Origin: the human T2T-CHM13v2.0 reference genome, Homo sapiens
Direction: 5' to 3' (one strand)
NCBI RefSeq assembly: GCF_009914755.1
Contig: NC_060948.1
DNA: 64,000 nt
In this document: in pieces, positions 56,401 to 64,000 of the stretch
How positions within the stretch are numbered: position 1 is the stretch's first letter
Layout: each line of letters opens with the position of its first letter
Notes under the pieces: generated by a model
Seen by the model: only the letters and a program-made list of their open reading frames with translations
The model's database searches: none
What the model was told of the DNA's origin: nothing
Made by a program: the position numbers and the translations under genes

Positions 56401-58775
56401 ACGGAATGGAATGCAATGAAATGGAATGGACTCGATCAGAACGGACTGGAGAGGAATGTGTACAAATGGAATGGAAACGAAAGGAATGGAATGAAATGGA
56501 ATGGAATGCAATGGAATTGAAAGGAACGGAATGAAATGGAATGGAATGGAATGGAATGGATTGGAATAGAATGGATTCAAATAAAATAGAATCGATTGCA
56601 ATGGTATTGAATGGAAGGGACTTGAATGGAATGGAAAGCAATGGAAGATATTGGAATCGAATGGCATCGAATGAAATGGAATGGAACGGAATGGAACGGA
56701 CCCGAATGGAATGGAATGGACTCAAATGTAATGGACTCGAATGGAATCGAATGAAATATAATAGACTCGATAGGAATGGCCTCGAGCGTAATTTATTTGA
56801 ATAGAATGGAATGAAATGGAAGACAATAGTATGAAATGGAATCGAATGGAATGGAATCGAATGGAATGTAATCAAATGGAATGGAACGGAATTCAATATA
56901 ATGGAGTAGAATGGAATGCATTGGAAAGGAGCAGAGTGGAATCGAGTGGATTGGAATCGAGTGGAATGGAATCAAAGGGAACGAAATCGAATTGAATGGA
57001 CTTGAATGGAATTGAGTCGAAAGGAATTGACTCGAAAGGAATGGACTGGAACAAAAAGGAATCAAATGGACAGGAATGGAATGGAATGGACTCGAATGGA
57101 ATGGAGTCAAATGCAAACGCATCGAATGGAATGGATTCAAAGGGAATGCAATTGAATGGAATAGAAAGGAAGAGAATGGAATTGAGTGTAATGGAAAGAT
57201 ATCGATTGGAATGAAATGGAATGGAAAGGAATTGAATGGAAAGGAATGGACTCGAAAGAAATGGATTGGAATGGAATGGTCTCCAATGGAATGGACTGGA
57301 GTGGAATGGAATCGAATGGAAAGAAAAGAATGGAACGGAATGGAACGGAAAGGAATAGAATGTTATGGAATCCGATTGGACAGAATGGAATGGAATGCAG
57401 TTTCATGAAATGGAGTCGAATAGAGTGGCATGAAAAGGAATGGAATGGAGTGGACTCAAAAGGAATGGACTCGAAAGGAATGGAGTCGAACCAAATTGAA
57501 TCAAATAGATTGGAGTCGAACAGAATGGAATGGAATGGAATGAACTCGACTGGAGTAGAGAGGAATGAAAAGGAATAGAATGGAATGTAATCAAATGGAT
57601 TGCAAGTGAATGGAATCAAAAATAATAGAAAGGAATGGAGTGTAAAGGGATGATATTGAATTAAATGGAATGGAATGGAATTTAATGGAATGGAGTCGAA
57701 GGAATAGACAGGAATGTAATGGACTCCAATGGAACGGAATGGATCAAAATGGATTTGAACAGATTGGAATCGAACGGAATGGAATGCAATGAAATGGAAT
57801 GGACTCGATCAGAACGGACTGGAGAGGAATGTACACAAATGGAATGGAAACGAAAGGGATGGAATGAAATGGAATGGAATGCAATGGAATTGAAAGGAAC
57901 GGAATCAAATGGAATGGAATGGAATGGAATGGATTGGAATAGAATGGATTCAAATAAAATAGAATCGATTGCAATGGTATTGAATGGAAGGGACTTGAAT
58001 GGAATGGAAAGCAATGGAAGATATTGGAATAGAATGGCATCGAATGAAATGGAATGGAACGGAATGGAACGGACCCGAATGGAATGGAATGGACTCAAAT
58101 GTAATGGACTCGAATGGAATCGACTGAAATATAATAGACTCGAAAGGAATGGCCTCGAGCGGAATTTATTTGAATAGAATGGAATCAAATGGAATACAAT
58201 AGTATGGATTGGAACCGAATGGAATGGAATCGAATGGAATGTAATCAAATGGAATGGAACGGAATTCAATATAATGGAGTAGAATGGAATGCATTGTAAA
58301 GGAGCAGAGTGGAATCGAGTGGATTGGAATAGAGTGGAATGGAATCAAAGGGAACGAAATCGAATTGAATGGACTTGAATGGAATTGAGTCGAAAGGAAT
58401 TGACTCGATAGGAATGGACTGGAACAAAAAGGAATCAAATGGACAGGAATGGAATGGAATGGACTCGAATGGAATGGAGTCAGATACAAACGCATCGAAT
58501 GGAATGGATTCTAATGGAATGCAATTGAATGGAATAGAAAGGAAGAGAATGGAATTGAGTGTAATGGAAAGATATCGATTGGAATGAAATGGAATGGAAA
58601 GGAATTGAATGGAAAGGAATGGACTCGAAAGAAATGGATTGGAATGGAATGGTCTCCAATGGAATGGACTGGAGTGGAATGGAATCGAATGGAAAGAAAA
58701 GAATGGAACGGAATGGAATGGAAAGGAATAGAATGTTATGGAATCCGATTGGACAGAATGGAATGGAAAGCAGTT

Positions 58776-61700
58776 TCATGAAATGGAGTCGAATAGAGTG
58801 GCATCAAAAGGAATGGAATGGAGTGGACTCAAAAGGAATGGTCTCGAAAGGAATGGAGTCGAACCAAATTGAATCAAATGGATAGGAGTCGAACAGAATG
58901 GAATGGAATGGAATGAACTCGACTGGAGTAGAGAGGAATGAAAAGCAATAGAATGGAATGTAATCAAATGGATTGCAAGTGAATGGAATCAAAAATAATA
59001 GAAAGGAATGGAGTGTAAAGGGATGATATTGAATTAAATGGAATGGAATGGAATTTAATGGAATGGAGTCGAAGGAATGGACAGGAATGTAATGGACTCC
59101 AATGGAATGGAATGGATCAAAATGGATTTGAACAGATTGGAATCGAACGGAATGGAATGCAATGAAATGGAATGGACTCGATCAGAACGGACTGGAGAGG
59201 AATGTACACAAATGGAATGGAAACGAAAGGAATGGAATGAAATGGAATGGAATGCAATGGAATTGAAAGCAACGGAATCAAATGGAATGGAATGTATTGG
59301 AATAGAATGGATTGGAATAGAATGGATTCAAATAAAATAGAATCGATTGCAATGGTATTGAATGGAAGGGACTTGAATGGAATGGAAAGCAATGGAAAAT
59401 ATTGGAATTGAATGGCATCGAATGAAATGGAATGGAACGGAATGGAACGGACCCGAATGGAATGGAATGGACTCAAATGTAATGGACTCGAATGGAATCG
59501 ACTGAAATATAATAGACTCGAAAGGAATGGCCTCGAGCGGAATTTATTTGAATAGAATGGAATCAAATGGAATACAATAGTATGGAATGGAATCCAATGG
59601 AATGGAATCGAATGGAATGTAATCAAATGGAATGGAATGGAATTCAATATAATGGAGTAGATTGGAATGCATTGGAAAGGAGCAGAGTGGAATCGAGTGG
59701 ATTGGAATCGAGTGGAATGGAATCAAAGGGAACGAAATCGAATTGAACGGACTTGAATGGAATTGAGTCGAAAGGAATTGACTCGAAAGGAATGGACTGG
59801 AACAAAAAGGAATCAAATGGACAGGAATGGAATGGAATGGACTCGAATGGAATGGAGTCAAATGCAAACGCATCGAATGGAATGGATTCAAATGGAATGC
59901 AATTGAATGGAATAGAAAGGAAGAGAATGGAATTGAGAGTAATGGAAAGATATCGATTGGAATGAAATGGAATGGAAAGGAATTGACTGGAAAGGAATGG
60001 ACTCGAAAGAAATGGATTGGAATGGAATGGTCTCCAATGGAATGGACTGGAGTGGAATGGAATCGAATGGAAAGAAAAGAATGGAACGGAATGGAACGGA
60101 AAGGAATAGAATGTTATGGAATCCGATTGGACAGAATGGAATGGAATGCAGTTTCATGAAATGGAGTCGAATAGAGTGGCATCAAAAGGAATGGAATGGA
60201 GTGGACTCAAAAGGAATGGACTCGAAAGGAATGGAGTCGAACCAAATTGAATCAAATGGATTGGATTCGAACAGAATGGAATGGAATGGAATGAACTCGA
60301 CTGGAGTAGAGAGGAATGAAAAGGAATAGAATGGAATGTAATCAAATGGATTGCAAGTGAATGGAATCAAAAATAATAGAAAGGAATGGAGTGTAAAGGG
60401 ATGATATTGAATTAAATGGAATGGAATGGAATTTAATGGAATGGAGTCGAAGGAATAGACAGGAATGTAATGGACTCCAATGGAATGGAATGGATGAAAA
60501 TGGATTTGAACAGATTGGAATCGAACGGAATGGAATGCAATGAAATGGAATGGACTCGATCAGAACGGACTGGAGAGGAATGTACACAAATGGAATGGAA
60601 ACGAAAGGAATGGAATGAAATGGAATGGAATGCAATGGAATTGAAAGGAACGGAATCAAATGGAATGGAATGGAATGGATTGGAATAGAATGGATTCAAA
60701 TAAAATAGAATCGATTGCAATGGTATTGAATGGAAGGGACTTGAATGGAATGGAAAGCAATGGAAGATATTGGAATCGAATGGCATCGAATGAAATGGAA
60801 TGGAACGGAATGGAACGGACCCGAATGGAATGGAATGGACTCAAATGTAATGGACTCGAATGGAATCGACTGAAATATAATAGACTCGAAAGGAATGGCC
60901 TCGAGCGGAATTTATTTGAATAGAATGGAATCAAATGGAATACAATAGTATGGAATGGAATCGAATGGAATGGAATCGAATGGAATGTAATCAAATGGAA
61001 TGGAACGGAATTCAATATAATGGAGTAGAATGGAATGCATTGGAAAGGAGCACAGTGGAATCGAGTGGAATGGAATCAAAGGGAACGAAATCGAATTGAA
61101 TGGACTTGAATGGAATTACGTCGAAAGGAATTGACTCGAAAGGAATGGACTGGAACAAAAAGGAATCAAATGGACAGGAATGGAATGGAATGGACTCGAA
61201 TGGAATGGAGTCAAATGCAAACGCATCGAATGGAATGGATTCAAATGGAATGCAATTGAATGGAATAGAAAGGAAGAGAATGGAATTGAGAGTAATGGAA
61301 AGATATCGATTGGAATGAAATGGAATGGAAAGGAATTGAATGGAAAGGAATGGACTCGAAAGAAATGGATTGGAATGGAATGGTCTCCAATGGAATGGAC
61401 TGGAGTGGAATGGAATCGAATGGAAAGAAAAGAATGGAACGGAATGGAACGGAAAGGAATAGAATGTTATGGAATCCGATTGGACAGAATGGAATGGAAT
61501 GCAGTTTCATGAAATGGAGTCGAATAGAGTGGCATCAAAAGGAATGGAATGGAGTGGACTCAAAAGGAATGGACTCGAAAGGAATGGAGTCGAACCAAAT
61601 TAAATCGAATGTATTGGAGTCGAACAGAATGGAATGGAATGGAATGAACTCGACTGGAGTAGAGAGGAATGAAAAGGAATAGAATGGAATGTAATCAAAT

Positions 61701-64000
61701 GGATTGCAAGTGAATGGAATCAAAAATAATAGAAAGGAATGGAGTGTAAAGGAATGATATTGAATTAAATGGAATGGAATGGAATTTAATGGAATGGAGT
61801 CGAAGGAATGGACAGGAATGTAATGGACTCCAATGGAATAGAATGGATCAAAATGGATTTGAACAGATTGGAATCGAACGGAATGGAATGCAATGAAATG
61901 GAATGGACTCGATCAGAACGGACTGCAGAGGAATGTACACAAATGGAATGGAAACGAAAGGAATGGAATGAAATGGAATGGAATGCAATGGAATTGAAAG
62001 CAACGGAATCAAATGGAATGGAATGTATTGGAATAGAATGTATTGGAATAGAATGGATTCAAATAAAATAGAATCGATTGCAATGGTATTGAATGGAAGG
62101 GACTTGAATGGAATGGAAAGCAATGGAAGATATTGGAATTGAATGGCATCGAATGAAATGGAATGGAGCGGAATGGAACGGACCCGAATGGAATGGAATG
62201 GACTCAAATGTAATGGACTCGAATGGAATCGACTGAAATATAATAGACTCGAAAGGAATGGCCTCGAGCGGAATTTATTTGTATAGAATGGAATCAAATG
62301 GAATACAATAGTATGGAATGGAATCGAATGGAATGGAATCTAATGGAATGTAATCAAATGGAATGGAATGGAATTCAATATAATGGAGTAGATTGGAATG
62401 CATTGGAAAGGAGCAGAGTGGAATCGTGTGGATTGGAATCGAGTGGAATGGAATCAAAGGGAACGAAATCGAATTGAACGGACTTGAATGGAATTGAGTC
62501 GAAAGGAATTGACTCGAAAGGAATGGACTGGAACAAAAAGGAATCAAATGGACAGGAATGGAATGGAATGGACTCGAATGGAATGGAGTCAAATGCAAAC
62601 GCATCGAATGGAATGGATTCAAATGGAATGCAATTGAATGGAATAGAAAGGAAGAGAATGGAATTGAGAGTAATGGAAAGATATCGATTGGAATGAAATG
62701 GAATGGAAAGGAATTGAATGGAAAGGAATGGACTCGAAAGAAATGGATTGGAATGGAATGGTCTCCAATGGAATGGACTGGAGTGGAATGGAATCGAATG
62801 GAAAGAAAAGAATGGAACGGAATGGAACGGGAAGGAATAGAATGTTATGGAATCCGATTGGACAGAATGGAATGGAATGCAGTTTCATGAAATGGAGTCG
62901 AATAGAGTGGCATCAAAAGGAATGGAATGGAGTGGACTCAAAAGGAATGGACTCGAAAGGAATGGAGTCGAACCAAATTGAATCAAATGGATTGGATTCG
63001 AACAGAATGGAATGGAATGGAATGAACTCGACTGGAGTAGAGAGGAATGAAAAGGAAAAGAATGGAATGTAATCAAATGGATTGCAAGTGAATGGAATCA
63101 AAAATAATAGAAAGGAATGGAGTGTAAAGGGATGATATTGAATTAAATGGAATGGAATGGAATTTAATGGAATGGAGTCGAAGGAATAGACAGGAATGTA
63201 ATGGACTCCAATGGAATGGAATGGATGAAAATGGATTTGAACAGATTGGAATAGAACGGAATCGAATGCAATGAAATGGAATGGACTCGATCAGAACGGA
63301 CTGGAGAGGAATGTACACAAATGGAATGGAAACGAAAGGAATGGAATGAAATGGAATGGAATGCAATGGAATTGAAAGGAACGGAATCAAATGGAATGGA
63401 ATGGAATGGAATGGATTGGAATAGAATGGATTCAAATAAAATAGAATCGATTGCAATGGTATTGAATGGAAGGGACTTGAATGGAATGGAAAGCAATGGA
63501 AGATATTGGAATCGAATGGCATCGAATGAAATGGAATGGAACGGAATGGAACGGACCCGAATGGAATGGAATGGACTCAAATGTAATGGACTCGAATGGA
63601 ATCGACTGAAATATAATAGACTCGAAAGGAATGGCCTCGAGCGGAATTTATTTGAATAGAATGGAATCAAATGGAATACAATAGTATGGAATGGAATCGA
63701 ATGGAATGGAATCGAATGGAATGTAATCAAATGGAATGGAACGGAATTCAATATAATGGAGTAGAATGGAATGCATTGGAAAGGAGCACAGTGGAATCGA
63801 GTGGATTGGAATCGAGTGGAATGGAATCAAAGGGAACGAAATCGAATTGAATGGACTTGAATGGAATTGAGTCGAAAGGAATTGACTCGATAGGAATGGA
63901 CTGGAACAAAAAGGAATCAAATGGACAGGAATGGAATGGAATGGACTCGAATGGAATGGAGTCAGATACAAACGCATCGAATGGAATGGATTCTAATGGA
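58776..64000 (+). repeat. Two-unit duplication, offset about 2,731 bp
   Basis: Shared variants: GAAAGCAACGG, AATGTATTGG, TTGGAATTGAATGGC, GTAGATTGG, TTGAACGGAC, TTGGATTCGA (60261/62992), GGAATAGACAGG, GAGCACAG. Confidence 0.78.

Larger units (their letters stand above)
1..64000 (+). repeat. Satellite III (HSat3-type) pericentromeric array, diverged (GGAAT)n/(CATTC)n
   Basis: Every line is built from GGAAT pentamers and variants (GGACT, GGAGT, CGAAT, GGATT, CAAAT, GAAAT). The purine-rich strand is + throughout. Frequent runs of unbroken GGAAT fit HSat3 better than HSat2. Species and chromosome cannot be fixed from sequence alone. Confidence 0.97.

Noticed and set aside
17-63977. Hundreds of 60-227 aa ORFs (MEWNG- and FHSIP-rich)
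   Set aside because: They are the direct translation of (GGAAT)n and (ATTCC)n, which lack stop codons. They overlap in several frames on both strands, recur with the DNA period, and are freely broken by stops and frame-shifting 5 bp indels.
1-64000. CRISPR-like repeat-spacer array or a novel prokaryotic system
   Set aside because: There are no unique spacers and no adjacent genes. The sequence between landmarks is itself repeated.
1-64000. HSat2, alpha satellite or telomeric repeat
   Set aside because: There is no 171 bp monomer or TTAGGG array. ATCGAATGG occurs, but a continuous pentamer register with pure GGAAT runs fits HSat3 rather than the HSat2 pattern.
1-64000. Inversion or Alu/L1 insertion
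   Set aside because: I saw no CATTC-oriented block, poly(A) tail or non-satellite segment, and all unit spacings are explained by small indels.

Overview
The whole 64 kb window is one uninterrupted, single-orientation classical satellite III array (human/great-ape HSat3 type; GGAAT on +, CATTC on -). The diverged pentamers are organised into a ~1,373 bp nested (higher-order) unit. I count 47 copies of a unit anchor (TTTCATGAAA; anchor positions ~60, 1433, 2811 ... 62885). Of the 46 spacings, 23 are 1,373 bp, 9 are 1,378 bp, 12 others range 1,353-1,398 bp, and 2 are 1,183 bp. I found no genes, RNA genes, transposon insertions or inversions. All listed ORFs are artefacts of translating GGAAT/ATTCC repeats. 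I see no evidence for a new coding system. The interesting content is the array's internal history: a near-identical 5,312 bp four-unit duplication carrying a 190 bp deletion unit, several 1-4 unit duplications, chimeric units, one hypervariable pentamer tract per unit, and one HSE-like palindrome per unit. All comparisons were made by eye, so breakpoints are approximate (about +/-100 bp) and difference counts are minima.
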